Positions 20,232-32,149 are shown, counted from the first letter of the stretch. The stretch is 64,000 nucleotides of DNA from an uncultured Pelagibacteraceae bacterium (GCA_902524995.1 CABZFJ010000004.1:7560-71559); one strand, 5' to 3'. Made by a program: numbers and translations. The notes: generated by a model from the sequence alone, not told the origin.

Positions 20232-20594
20232 ATGAAAAAAGAAATCATTTATTATTCAAGTGGTTCAATGGGTCCTCCAATCAGTGTTGAATTGTTAGAG
20301 AACAATAAAGGTAAAATATTAGATGGTTTTGAAGAAGTGATTGATTTAGAGGATCACAAAATTTTACATTTTTGGGATAGGATGAATGAATTACAAGTTT
20401 GGAAATGGAAAAGTGAATATATTATGGAGGGAATTTTAGATGGTCATACTTGGGAACTTAAATTGAGAAATAGAGAAGGTAAAACAAGAAACTTTTATGG
20501 ACATATGAAATATCCTGATAACTACGATGAATTTATTAAAGAATTAAACAATCTTTTTGGTTCTGAAATTCAAGATGAGAAATTTGAAATATGA
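20232..20594 (+). CDS. Hypothetical acidic protein (islet cargo 3)
   Basis: 120-aa ORF abutting the HD gene; W.WK.EY...ILDGHTWEL...G...YP pattern. Confidence 0.7.
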   Translation: MKKEIIYYSSGSMGPPISVELLENNKGKILDGFEEVIDLEDHKILHFWDRMNELQVWKWKSEYIMEGILDGHTWELKLRNREGKTRNFYGHMKYPDNYDEFIKELNNLFGSEIQDEKFEI

Positions 20595-20619
20595 AGAAAG
20601 AAGTGGAACCTTAAAAAGT

Positions 20620-20653
20620 AAAAAAAACCCCCGAAACTTTCGTTCCGAGGGTT
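20620..20653 (-). terminator. Intrinsic terminator of groEL
   Basis: Minus strand AACCCTCGGAAC-GAAA-GTTTCGGGGG followed by T8. Confidence 0.88.
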
Positions 20654-20703
20654 CTAATTTTGTTTAGTGTATGTTTTTAGAGTGCTCTCTGTATGGTAAG
20701 GAA

Positions 20704-22371
<1,668 letters not shown>

Positions 22372-22378
22372 TTATTAT

Positions 22379-22672
22379 TTATTTACCGGTTGCAATACCC
22401 ATAATGTCAGACTCTTTCATTATGCTGTACTCTTTACCATCAATTTTAACTTCTGTTCCCGACCATTTACCGAATAAAACTTTATCTCCTATTTTAACGT
22501 CCATAGGTATTAGTTTTCCATCTTCAGTTTTTGCACCTCCGCCGACTGCAACAACTTTGCCTTCTTGAGGTTTTTCTTGAGCTGTATCTGGAATAATTAT
22601 GCCACCTGCAGTTTTTTCGCTGCTATCTAAAACTTCTATTAAAACACGGTCATGTAACGGTTTAAATTTCAT
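22379..22672 (-). CDS. groS: Co-chaperonin GroES
   Basis: [23 protein letters not shown]. Confidence 0.99.
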   Translation of the reverse strand: MKFKPLHDRVLIEVLDSSEKTAGGIIIPDTAQEKPQEGKVVAVGGGAKTEDGKLIPMDVKIGDKVLFGKWSGTEVKIDGKEYSIMKESDIMGIATGK

Positions 22673-22698
22673 ACGGATTCTCCTTTAAATTAGCAGTC

Positions 22699-22727
22699 AT
22701 ATAGAGACATATTTAATAATTTTCAAG
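22699..22727 (-). promoter_or_regulatory. RpoH (sigma32) promoter of groESL
   Basis: CTTGAA-17 nt-CTATAT, same as at ibpA (both preceded by GAT). Confidence 0.8.
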
Positions 22728-22794
22728 ATCTTGTATAAAATTTATGGTCTAAAAAACTCAAGAATTAAGCTTATTTTTAAGCTATATCTCAAGT

Positions 22795-23610
22795 ATGCCT
22801 CAAAACTTAGATAAAGATGGATTAAGGACTAAAATAGATAATTACGAATTATTTTTTATCGACATTTGGGGAGTAATTCACAATGGATTACAAATTTTCG
22901 AAGATTCCATTGAGGTTCTAGAAAACTTAGAAAAAAACAATAAAGAGTTTGTATTGCTTACCAATGCACCAAGACCAAATTCAACAGTAATTGATTTTTT
23001 AAAAAAAATGGGTCTCAAAAAGTTTTATGAAAATGTATATACTTCTGGAGAAGCTTCCTTAAAATATTTGATTGAGAATTTTAATAATTCAAAATTTTAT
23101 CATATTGGACCACCAAAAGATTTTGACCTATTTAAAAGATTTGAACAAAATAAAGTAAACAATATTGGTCAAGCAGATTATTTCATATGCACAGGTTTAT
23201 TTGAAGATCATGAGAAGGAAATTAATTATTATAAAGATTTACTCGAAAAATATTCAAATAAAAAATTTGTTTGCACTAATCCAGATTTAATTATTGATAG
23301 AGGAAATGTTAGAGAATTTTGTGCAGGATCAGTTGCAAAAATATTCGAGAAAATTGGTGGAAAAGTAATTTATTTTGGAAAACCTTATCCTCCAGTATAT
23401 GAATTATCTGCAAACACTAGTGATAAAAATGTTTTATGTGTTGGAGATAATTTGAACACAGATATAAAGGGAGCTAATATTCAAAAATTTGACAATTTGT
23501 TAATAACAAGTGGTATTCATAAAGAGGAATTAAGCAGTATTAGTATTAATAGATTGGAAAAAATATATGGAGTGAGCATTAATTATACTCAGACAAAATT
23601 AAAATGGTAA
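22795..23610 (+). CDS. HAD-superfamily IIA hydrolase (TIGR01459-like)
   Basis: DIWGVIHNG, LTNAPRP, CTNPD, GKPY, VGDNLNTDIKGA. Confidence 0.9.
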   Translation: MPQNLDKDGLRTKIDNYELFFIDIWGVIHNGLQIFEDSIEVLENLEKNNKEFVLLTNAPRPNSTVIDFLKKMGLKKFYENVYTSGEASLKYLIENFNNSKFYHIGPPKDFDLFKRFEQNKVNNIGQADYFICTGLFEDHEKEINYYKDLLEKYSNKKFVCTNPDLIIDRGNVREFCAGSVAKIFEKIGGKVIYFGKPYPPVYELSANTSDKNVLCVGDNLNTDIKGANIQKFDNLLITSGIHKEELSSISINRLEKIYGVSINYTQTKLKW

Positions 23611-24530
23611 AAAAAATTAAAATTTATAAAAATTTTGAGATTTTAAAAAAACATCAAAATGCCATGATACTAATTGGAAATTTCGATGGGTTGCACCTAG
23701 GCCATCAAAGACTATTCAAAGAAGCAAAAAAATATAAAAAAAAGTATAATTCAAAAATCGGAGTGGTTACATTTGATCCAATACCAAAAATGTACTTTAA
23801 TAAAAGTATTAAAAACTATCGACTTTCGAATCTTTATCAAAAAAGCAAATATTTTAGTGACTATAATGTTGATTTTTTAATAAATAAAAAATTTGATAAA
23901 AAATTCTCAAGAATATCTTGTAATGATTTCATTAAAAATATTTTATGTAAAAAGTTAAAAGCAGATTATATCTTTGTTAGTAATAATTTTAGATTTGGTA
24001 ATAAAAGAGAGGGGGATGTCAATTTATTAAAAAGTTTTCAAAAAAAATATAATTACAAACTAATTAACCCAAAACCATTATATAAAAGAAATAAAATTAT
24101 TTCCTCAACATTAATTAGGAAATTAATTGAAAATGGTAATTTAAAAATTGCAAATCAACTTTTATCTAGAAATTGGTCTATAGAAGGTATCGTAGAAAAG
24201 GGTAGAATGATTGGAAGAAAAATTGGCTTTCCGACATGCAATATAAATATAAAAAATTATGTAATACCAAAGGTAGGAGTTTATGCAGTCGATGTTTATA
24301 TTGAAAAAAACAGAAAAAGGATTAAAGGAATAGCAAATATCGGTTATAGACCTACTTTTAATCAAAAAAAATTATTATTAGAGGTAAATTTATTTAAATT
24401 TTCTGGAAATCTTTATAATAAAAATCTAACTATTAATTTTACAAAATTTATTAGAGGAGAAACTAAATTTAAAAATATTGATGCTTTAAAAAAACAGATA
24501 AAGAAAGATATTAAAGTTGCTAAAAGATAA
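23604..24530 (+). CDS. ribF: Bifunctional riboflavin kinase/FAD synthetase
   Basis: IGNFDGLHLGHQ, ISSTLIR, IGFPTCN, NIGYRPT. Confidence 0.95.
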   Translation: MVKKIKIYKNFEILKKHQNAMILIGNFDGLHLGHQRLFKEAKKYKKKYNSKIGVVTFDPIPKMYFNKSIKNYRLSNLYQKSKYFSDYNVDFLINKKFDKKFSRISCNDFIKNILCKKLKADYIFVSNNFRFGNKREGDVNLLKSFQKKYNYKLINPKPLYKRNKIISSTLIRKLIENGNLKIANQLLSRNWSIEGIVEKGRMIGRKIGFPTCNINIKNYVIPKVGVYAVDVYIEKNRKRIKGIANIGYRPTFNQKKLLLEVNLFKFSGNLYNKNLTINFTKFIRGETKFKNIDALKKQIKKDIKVAKR

Positions 24531-24536
24531 AATGAC

Positions 24537-27281
24537 ATGAGTAAAGAACATATTAATTTACCTAAAACAAAATTTTCAATGAAGGCAAATTTGCCAAACA
24601 AGGAGCCAAATTATATTGAATTTTGGAAGAAAATTGACCTATACAATTTGTTGAGACAAAAAAGTAAAGGGCAAGAAAAATTTGTACTCCATGATGGGCC
24701 TCCATATGCCAATGGCAATATTCACATGGGTACCGCTTTGAATAAAATTTTAAAAGACATAATTACGAAATTTCATCAAATGGATGGCAAGGACTCAGTT
24801 TATGTTCCTGGATGGGATTGCCATGGGTTACCTATTGAGTGGAAAATTGAGGAACAATACAAAAAGAACAAAAAAAACAAAAATGATGTTCCAATAATTG
24901 AATTCAGAAAAGAATGTAGGGAGTTTGCAAACAAATGGATAGACGTTCATAAGGGAGAATTTACAAGACTTGGAGTAATTGGAGATTGGGAAAATTACTA
25001 TTCAACAATGTCATTTGATGCTGAAGCTCAAATAGTTAGAGAACTCGGAAAATTTCTTAAAGAAGGAAGCCTTTATAGAGGTTATAAGCCGGTTCTTTGG
25101 TCAACTGTTGAAAAAACAGCTTTAGCTGATGCTGAGGTTGAATACATGGATCATGTTTCAGATACGATTTATGGAGCTTTCAAAGTGAAAATTTCAAATT
25201 TAGATATAATTAAAGGTGCAGATGTAATAATTTGGACTACGACTCCGTGGACTATTCCTGCAAATAAAGCATTAGCTTACAATGCTGGCCTAAAATATAT
25301 TTTGCTTGAAATAAACGATAACAAAAATTTTGTTGATAGAAAAATAGTAATTGCAAAAGACCTTTTAGAACCTTTTAAAAAAGATACTTCTATAGAAAAT
25401 ATTAAAGTACTAAATGAATTTTTAGGAAAAGATTTAAAAGGAACAATTTGCAGTCATCCATTTTCTAAAATGGGATATGAATATGATATTCCAATGCTTG
25501 AGGCTAATTTTGTTACTACTGAGCAAGGTACAGGTATTGTACACTGCGCTCCTAGCCACGGACCCGATGATTTCAATCTTTGTTTAAATAACAATATCAA
25601 AGCAGTTGAAACAGTTGATGGTGATGGAAAATATACAAATGAAATTAAATTTTTTGAGGGTTTACATATTTTTAAGGCCAATAATTTGATTATTCAAAAA
25701 TTAGATGAACAAAAAAATTTGGTAACAAATGGAAAACTTACTCATTCTTATCCCCATTCTTGGAGATCAAAAGCTCCATTAGTTCATAGAGCAACTCCAC
25801 AATGGTTTATTTCTATGGAAAGCCATGGACTAAGAGATAAAGCATTAAAAGCCATCGATAATACAGATTTTTATCCTTCTAAAGGAAAAGAAAGAATAAA
25901 ATCAATGATTGAAACTAGACCTGATTGGTGTGTATCAAGACAGAGAGTTTGGGGTGTGCCGCTACCAATTTTTATTTCAAAAAAAACAGGTGATGTTTTA
26001 GTTGATGATGAGGTTTTTGAAAATATTGCAAAAATTTACGAGAAAGAAGGTTCTGATTGTTGGTTTAACGAAGATTATCAGATCTTTCTTGGAGATAAGT
26101 ATAAAGCAGAAGATTATGAAAAATTATCAGATATTGTTGAAGTTTGGTTTGATAGTGGATCAACCCATTCTTTTGTTTTAGAAAAAAGAGATGATCTTAA
26201 ATGGCCGGCATCTATGTATCTAGAGGGTTCAGATCAACATAGAGGATGGTTTCACTCTTCATTACTTGAGTCTTGTGGGACAAGAGGCGTCGCCCCATTT
26301 GAAAGCATTCTTTCTCATGGTTTTGTTGTAGATGGAAAAGGTCTAAAAATGTCAAAATCAACGGGGAATGTTATTGCGCCACAGGATATATTAAAAAAAT
26401 ATGGAGCGGATATTTTAAGAATTTGGGTTGCATCTTCAAACTATGCTGAAGATCTTAGAATTGACTATTCAATTTTAGATCAACATGCTGAATCTTATAG
26501 AAAAATTAGAAACACGTTTAGATATCTTTTAGGGAATATTCAAGATCAATATGAAAATCTTGATTTTGAAAAAGTTAAGTTTGAAAACTTTGATTCACTT
26601 GAAAAATTTATGCTTCATAGAATTTATATAATAAATGAGAATTTTAAAAATAATTTTAAAATTTATAACTTTCACAACTTATATAAAGAATTACTAAATT
26701 TTTGCACAGTAGAGCTTTCTGCCTTTTATTTTGATATCAGGAAAGATACTTTATATTGTGAAGCTTTAAATTCTGACAAAAGAAAGAACTGTATAACTCT
26801 TTTAAATATTATTTTACAATGTCTCCTTAAATGGTTTGCACCAATATTGTCATTTACAACTGAAGAAATTTATCAATTAGTTAAAAAAGAAAAAGATAGC
26901 CAAAGTATACATTTACAAAATTTTATTTCTGTTCCAAATTCTTGGAATAATGAAGAGCTTAGCTCAGATTGGGATTATGTTAAAAAAATTAGAGATGAGG
27001 CAAATATTTCAATTGAGAATATGAGAGCTGAAAAGTCAATTGGCTCAAGTTTAGAGGCAACGATTGAAATAAAGTTAAATAAAGAATTTTATGATAAGGC
27101 AAAAAATATTAATTTTTCTGAAATTTGTATCACTTCATTTGCCTCTGTAATTGAAGATAAAAATTTAAAAAAAAGTATTGATGTAGTTGCAAAAAAAGCT
27201 CAAGGAACGAAATGTCCTGTATGTTGGAAAATTTTTGAAGAAGATTGTGAAAGGCACGGACATCTTAATTTAAATGGGTAA
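24537..27281 (+). CDS. ileS: Isoleucine--tRNA ligase
   Basis: LHDGPPYANGNIHMG, WTTTPWT, KMSKS, C-terminal CPVCW. Confidence 0.98.
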   Translation: MSKEHINLPKTKFSMKANLPNKEPNYIEFWKKIDLYNLLRQKSKGQEKFVLHDGPPYANGNIHMGTALNKILKDIITKFHQMDGKDSVYVPGWDCHGLPIEWKIEEQYKKNKKNKNDVPIIEFRKECREFANKWIDVHKGEFTRLGVIGDWENYYSTMSFDAEAQIVRELGKFLKEGSLYRGYKPVLWSTVEKTALADAEVEYMDHVSDTIYGAFKVKISNLDIIKGADVIIWTTTPWTIPANKALAYNAGLKYILLEINDNKNFVDRKIVIAKDLLEPFKKDTSIENIKVLNEFLGKDLKGTICSHPFSKMGYEYDIPMLEANFVTTEQGTGIVHCAPSHGPDDFNLCLNNNIKAVETVDGDGKYTNEIKFFEGLHIFKANNLIIQKLDEQKNLVTNGKLTHSYPHSWRSKAPLVHRATPQWFISMESHGLRDKALKAIDNTDFYPSKGKERIKSMIETRPDWCVSRQRVWGVPLPIFISKKTGDVLVDDEVFENIAKIYEKEGSDCWFNEDYQIFLGDKYKAEDYEKLSDIVEVWFDSGSTHSFVLEKRDDLKWPASMYLEGSDQHRGWFHSSLLESCGTRGVAPFESILSHGFVVDGKGLKMSKSTGNVIAPQDILKKYGADILRIWVASSNYAEDLRIDYSILDQHAESYRKIRNTFRYLLGNIQDQYENLDFEKVKFENFDSLEKFMLHRIYIINENFKNNFKIYNFHNLYKELLNFCTVELSAFYFDIRKDTLYCEALNSDKRKNCITLLNIILQCLLKWFAPILSFTTEEIYQLVKKEKDSQSIHLQNFISVPNSWNNEELSSDWDYVKKIRDEANISIENMRAEKSIGSSLEATIEIKLNKEFYDKAKNINFSEICITSFASVIEDKNLKKSIDVVAKKAQGTKCPVCWKIFEEDCERHGHLNLNG

Positions 27282-27771
27282 TGAAAAACTAAATAAACTT
27301 ATTATTGGTTTTATATTTTTATTTATTTGCTTTGCAATAGATAGATTTTCAAAAATCTATATTTTAAATATTTTAAATAATTATGGACAGGTAGATTTGT
27401 ATGTTAATCAGTACTTAAATATTTATTTGATATGGAACACAGGAATAGGATTTGGGCTGTTTTCATCAGAAAATAACACAACATATAACGTAATAACATT
27501 AATCATCGTCTTAATAAATTTTCTTATCTTATATTATGCTTTCGTTGAAACTCGAATTAAATCTATTTTTTTAATGATTATTTTAGGAGGATCTTTAGGC
27601 AACTTGTTTGATAGAATATATTATAAAGCAGTTCCAGATTTTATAGATTTGAATTATGCAGGATATCATTGGTTTATTTTTAATGTAGCAGATATATTTA
27701 TTACTTTAGGTATTATATGCCTTATTTTAAGTGAATTTATATTTTATAAAAAGAGTAATGTTAAAAAGTAA
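27274..27771 (+). CDS. lspA: Lipoprotein signal peptidase II
   Basis: WNTGIGFG, GNLFDR, VPDFI, FNVADI. Confidence 0.95.
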   Translation: MGNEKLNKLIIGFIFLFICFAIDRFSKIYILNILNNYGQVDLYVNQYLNIYLIWNTGIGFGLFSSENNTTYNVITLIIVLINFLILYYAFVETRIKSIFLMIILGGSLGNLFDRIYYKAVPDFIDLNYAGYHWFIFNVADIFITLGIICLILSEFIFYKKSNVKK

Positions 27772-28072
27772 ATTAAAATTAATTGTAATATTATTAATTT
27801 TACCGACAATAACATATTGTGGATCTGCTAAAGATGCTTTGGTGGGAAAAAAAAGATCTGAACAAAGTGATGAATTCCTTGTTAAGAAAAAAAACCCTCT
27901 TCAGATGCCTCCAGAAATGAATAAGCTTCCAAAACCAGGTGATGATGTAGAGACACAAAACCAAATAAAAAATAATGAAATTAAAGAAATTCTTAAAGTG
28001 GGTGAAAATAACAATGATAGCTCTAGTAATGAGTCTGATTTATTAAAAAATATGAAAAAGAAAATCCAATAA
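27758..28072 (+). CDS. DUF3035-like lipoprotein
   Basis: Signal ending in Cys (ITYC), DEFLVKKKNPLQMPP; position after lspA; start moved to ATG 27758. Confidence 0.75.
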   Translation: MLKSKLKLIVILLILPTITYCGSAKDALVGKKRSEQSDEFLVKKKNPLQMPPEMNKLPKPGDDVETQNQIKNNEIKEILKVGENNNDSSSNESDLLKNMKKKIQ

Positions 28073-28075
28073 TTA

Positions 28076-29251
28076 ATGGAAACAAATTGCGTTATTTACA
28101 AAAATTTTAATATTAAGCAAAAATTGGTTAATAAAAGGAAACTCACTAAATTTCTAGATTTTAGAATTTTATTCAAAAAATATCCTTTACTTAAATCTCT
28201 TGCAAATAATTATGATTACTCATTTAAAAAAAAAAATTTAAAAAATTTAAAAAAATATATTGAGTTTAACCTAATTGGCATGGGTGGATCTATTTTAGGT
28301 GCACAGGCTATATATGATTTTCTCGATCATAAAATAAAAAAAAAATTTTACTTTTTTAATAATTTGCAGAATTTCAATATTTTAAAATCGAACAAAAAAC
28401 GATTAAATATAATTATCTCAAAATCAGGAAATACTTTAGAGACAATATCAAATTTAAACTTAATTTTAACTAAACAAAAAAATAACAAAAATTTAATAAT
28501 CACTGAAAACAAAAAAAATATTTTAAGGCTGATAGCAAATAAGCTCAAATCTGAGATTCTAGAACATAAAAATTATATTGGTGGAAGATATTCGGTTTTA
28601 TCTGAAGTCGGAATGGTTCCAGCAGAGCTTATGGGATTAAATGAAAAAAAATTTAAAAGATTAAATGATTTGACTAAAAATAAAGCATTCATTAATTATT
28701 TAATAAATAACGTATCTTCAATTTACACAAATATAATAAAGGGAAAAAAAAATTCTGTAATATTAAATTATGATGAAAAATTAAATAATTTTTTAAAATG
28801 GTATCAGCAATTATCTGCTGAGAGCTTAGGAAAAAAAGGAAGGGGTTTTTTCCCTATAATCTCAACAATGCCAAAAGATAATCATAGTCTTTTGCAACTT
28901 TACTTGGATGGTCCAAAAAATAATTTCTTTAGTTTTTTCATCTCTAGAGAGCGAAATCCGTTTAGATTTAATAATAACTATTTAATTGATGGATTAGATC
29001 ATCTATACAAAAAAAACATAGATCAAGTATTGCATGCTCAACAAATAGCTACACAAAAAGTATTCAAAACAAAAAAATTACCATTTAGAAGCTTTGAAAT
29101 TATTAAAAGAAGCGAGGAAACACTCGGAGAATTATTTACATTTTTTATTCTAGAGACTCTAATGCTGAGCACTTTATTGAATGTTAACCCTATAAATCAA
29201 CCGTCTGTTGAATTAATTAAAATAGAAACCAAAAAAACTCTAAAAAAGTAA
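28076..29251 (+). CDS. pgi: Glucose-6-phosphate isomerase (short form)
   Basis: IGMGGSILG, SKSGNTLET, GGRYSVLS, AESLGK, DNHS, NQPSVELIK. Confidence 0.85.
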   Translation: METNCVIYKNFNIKQKLVNKRKLTKFLDFRILFKKYPLLKSLANNYDYSFKKKNLKNLKKYIEFNLIGMGGSILGAQAIYDFLDHKIKKKFYFFNNLQNFNILKSNKKRLNIIISKSGNTLETISNLNLILTKQKNNKNLIITENKKNILRLIANKLKSEILEHKNYIGGRYSVLSEVGMVPAELMGLNEKKFKRLNDLTKNKAFINYLINNVSSIYTNIIKGKKNSVILNYDEKLNNFLKWYQQLSAESLGKKGRGFFPIISTMPKDNHSLLQLYLDGPKNNFFSFFISRERNPFRFNNNYLIDGLDHLYKKNIDQVLHAQQIATQKVFKTKKLPFRSFEIIKRSEETLGELFTFFILETLMLSTLLNVNPINQPSVELIKIETKKTLKK

Positions 29252-29806
29252 TTTACCGAATATTATTTTTGATAAACCATAAGTTTTTTCTCTAATTATT
29301 TTAAAATTCTTTATAAAAATTTCTTTAAACTTCTTATTCCTATGGATAATTATGAGTGTACTTCTCTGTGCAATTTTTTCCTCTATTATTTTTATTAATA
29401 ATTTATTTATATTTTTATCTCTGAAAGGTGGATCTAAATAAATTAAATCAATTTTTTCATTGCCTATTTTTTCTGTTGAGATTTCATAGGCGTCCATCTT
29501 TCTAATAATCGAATTTTTATTAAGTTCTAAATAGTTAATATTTTTTTCTAGTACTTTTAAAGAAGGTTCATGTTTTTCAAAAAAATAGACTTTTTTTACA
29601 CCTCTAGACAAACATTCAATGCCAAATGACCCAGAACCAGAAAATAAATCCAAAACTACATCGTTTTTGAATTTAATTTTTATGTTCTTAGAATGCTCTA
29701 AAATATTAAATATAGACTCTCTAACCATATCCTTTAAGGGTCTTGTTGTTTTATCTGTGGGATTATGAATTAACTTCCCTCTTAGTTTTCCACTAATTAC
29801 TCTCAT
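29240..29806 (-). CDS. rsmD: 16S rRNA m2G966 methyltransferase
   Basis: MRVISGKLRG, TRP, LDLFSGSGSFGIECLSRG, DPPF. Confidence 0.93.
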   Translation of the reverse strand: MRVISGKLRGKLIHNPTDKTTRPLKDMVRESIFNILEHSKNIKIKFKNDVVLDLFSGSGSFGIECLSRGVKKVYFFEKHEPSLKVLEKNINYLELNKNSIIRKMDAYEISTEKIGNEKIDLIYLDPPFRDKNINKLLIKIIEEKIAQRSTLIIIHRNKKFKEIFIKNFKIIREKTYGLSKIIFGKLLF

Positions 29807-31068
29807 TTATCTATCACTTTATGACCTATATCTGATCTATAAAAACCATCTTTCCAATTCAATTTCTTAATCTGATTGATGATTTCTTTTCTGCTTGATA
29901 AATAGCTATCTGAGATATTCACAAAATTTATTACCCTACCACTAACTGCTACAATTTTGTTTCCAGAACTTTTTGTTCCAGCATGAAAAATAAAATTATC
30001 TTTAGTTGATTTGAATTCTTTTAAATTTTTAATTTCAACATTCTTATTATATTTTTCAGGATATCCTTTAGAGCATAATGCAATGCACATACTTTTTTTA
30101 TTTTTCCATTTTATCTCATGTGTCTCTAATTTTGAATTACAACAAGCATTTATTATTTCTAATAAATCACTGTCAACCAAAGGTAATATAGTTTGGCATT
30201 CAGGATCACCCATCCTAACATTATATTCAATTAGGTATGGTTCATCGTTTTTTATCATTAAGCCAGCATATAAAAAACCGACGTACTTCTCATTCATTTC
30301 ACTTATAGCTTTTAAAGTTGGCTCAATTATTTTGTTTAAAATTTTATTTTCTAAATCATTATTAATTAAGCTTGAAGGTGAATAAGCTCCCATTCCTCCT
30401 GTATTCTTACCAGTATCACCTTCACCAACTCTTTTATGGTCTTGAGCTGTATTAAAAGTTTTGTAACTAATTCCATCTGAAATAATAAAAAAACTCATCT
30501 CATCACCTTCTAGAAATTCTTCAAATAAAACTTGATCTGCTTTCCCAAATTTACCATCAAATATTTCATTAACAGCAGTTTTAGCCTCATCAACATTTTG
30601 ACAAATATAAACACCTTTACCTGCAGCAAGAACATCCGCCTTTACAACAAGAGGAAAATTAGATGATGATAGAAATACAAATGAGTCATCTTTAGATTTA
30701 CAAATTTTAAATTTAGCAGTTGGAATATTAAATTTCTTACAAATTTCTTTTGTAAATATTTTTGAGCCTTCTAATTGAGCAACTTTTTTATTAGGACCAA
30801 AAACTTTAATATTTTTTGACTCTAGGAAATCCACTAATCCTTCAACCAATGGTTTTTCTGGACCAACAACTACCAATTCAATTTGTTCCTTATAGATAAA
30901 ATCATATAAGTCTTGAAAATTTTCTAAATTGATATCAATATTTAAAGATATTTCTTCGGTACCAGCATTACCGGGTATTGAATATATTTTTGTTATTTTT
31001 TTTGAATTACTTAAGTTATGAACTAGAGCATGCTCTCGCCCTCCACTTCCAATAATTGCAATTTTCAT
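29803..31068 (-). CDS. purD: Phosphoribosylamine--glycine ligase
   Basis: GSGGREHA, VGPE.PL, LEGSK, QDHKR, NTGGMGAYSP, EYNVRMGDPE. Confidence 0.96.
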   Translation of the reverse strand: MKIAIIGSGGREHALVHNLSNSKKITKIYSIPGNAGTEEISLNIDINLENFQDLYDFIYKEQIELVVVGPEKPLVEGLVDFLESKNIKVFGPNKKVAQLEGSKIFTKEICKKFNIPTAKFKICKSKDDSFVFLSSSNFPLVVKADVLAAGKGVYICQNVDEAKTAVNEIFDGKFGKADQVLFEEFLEGDEMSFFIISDGISYKTFNTAQDHKRVGEGDTGKNTGGMGAYSPSSLINNDLENKILNKIIEPTLKAISEMNEKYVGFLYAGLMIKNDEPYLIEYNVRMGDPECQTILPLVDSDLLEIINACCNSKLETHEIKWKNKKSMCIALCSKGYPEKYNKNVEIKNLKEFKSTKDNFIFHAGTKSSGNKIVAVSGRVINFVNISDSYLSSRKEIINQIKKLNWKDGFYRSDIGHKVIDK

Positions 31069-31090
31069 TTAGTAAATATATATCTTAAAT

Positions 31091-31288
31091 ATGTTAAATA
31101 AGTTAGCTAAATTAAAATACTTAGCAAACAATTTTGAGATCATTGAAGATGGTGATCATGTGATTTGTGCTATCTCACAAAAAAAAATACCTCTTGAAAA
31201 ATTAACTTATTGGAATGTTGAAGAACAAGAAGCCTACTTTTCATATGTTGAGGCCTCAATTAAAAGAGATTTATTAAATAAAAACTGA
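31091..31288 (+). CDS. DUF2093-family small protein
   Basis: GDHVICAIS..KIPL..L.YWNVE.QEAY pattern. Confidence 0.8.
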   Translation: MLNKLAKLKYLANNFEIIEDGDHVICAISQKKIPLEKLTYWNVEEQEAYFSYVEASIKRDLLNKN

Positions 31289-32149
31289 TTATTTTTTCCA
31301 CCTATCATGTGTCCAGATCCACTGCTCTACATTTTTTAAAATCATTTTTTCGAGTATCTTATTTAGATGTTCAGTGATCTCTTTGATTGACTTATTGCTC
31401 CCAATTTTGATTGGTTCTGAAACGAACATTTTAAAATAATTATTTTTTCTTCTCTCGATATAAATAGGTACTAGATCGCATTTATATTTTTTAATTAATT
31501 GTGCGGGTATGGTCGTAGTACTAGCTGGTTTTCCAAAAAAATTAATTTTTATACCTTCTCTTACTCTTTGGTCTATCATTAGAGCAACTGAGTTACCTTT
31601 TTTTATATTTTCAATAATCTGTCTTGTGCCTGATCTCCCTTTTTTAATTTGATTTTTACATATAAAATTTTCTCTTATTTTTTCCATAGTTTTGTTAAGG
31701 AATACGTTATTTAACGGTCTATAAATAGCACACAAATTTATACCAACTTTTTCTATTTGGAGTGCCATTAATTCAAAATTATTGAAATGACCAGATATAA
31801 ATACAGCTCGTCTTTTTTCTCTCTTAATTTTGTTTAGGTTTTCAAGCCCGTCTATTTCAATAAATTTACTTAATTTGTTATTTCTAAATGCTTCAATAAA
31901 AGGGTATTCAGCAAGTATTCTTCCATAGTTTCCATAGATTTTGCTGATAATTTTGTTATAATTTTTTTTCTCTACAATACCAGATTGTTCCAAATTATTT
32001 TCAATTAACTTTTTTGATCTAAATATTGGACCAAACAAGCGTCCAATAAAATCTCCCAAATTAGATCCATTTTTGTAACCAATTATAATTAGTATAAAAA
32101 AAAATAATTTTATTAAAATAAATTCAATTAAATAAAAAAACTTCCTCAT
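31289..32149 (-). CDS. lpxL: Lipid A acyltransferase (LpxL/HtrB family)
   Basis: GHFNNFE, YRPLNN, MIDQ, EQWIWTHDRWK. Confidence 0.88.
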   Translation of the reverse strand: MRKFFYLIEFILIKLFFFILIIIGYKNGSNLGDFIGRLFGPIFRSKKLIENNLEQSGIVEKKNYNKIISKIYGNYGRILAEYPFIEAFRNNKLSKFIEIDGLENLNKIKREKRRAVFISGHFNNFELMALQIEKVGINLCAIYRPLNNVFLNKTMEKIRENFICKNQIKKGRSGTRQIIENIKKGNSVALMIDQRVREGIKINFFGKPASTTTIPAQLIKKYKCDLVPIYIERRKNNYFKMFVSEPIKIGSNKSIKEITEHLNKILEKMILKNVEQWIWTHDRWKK

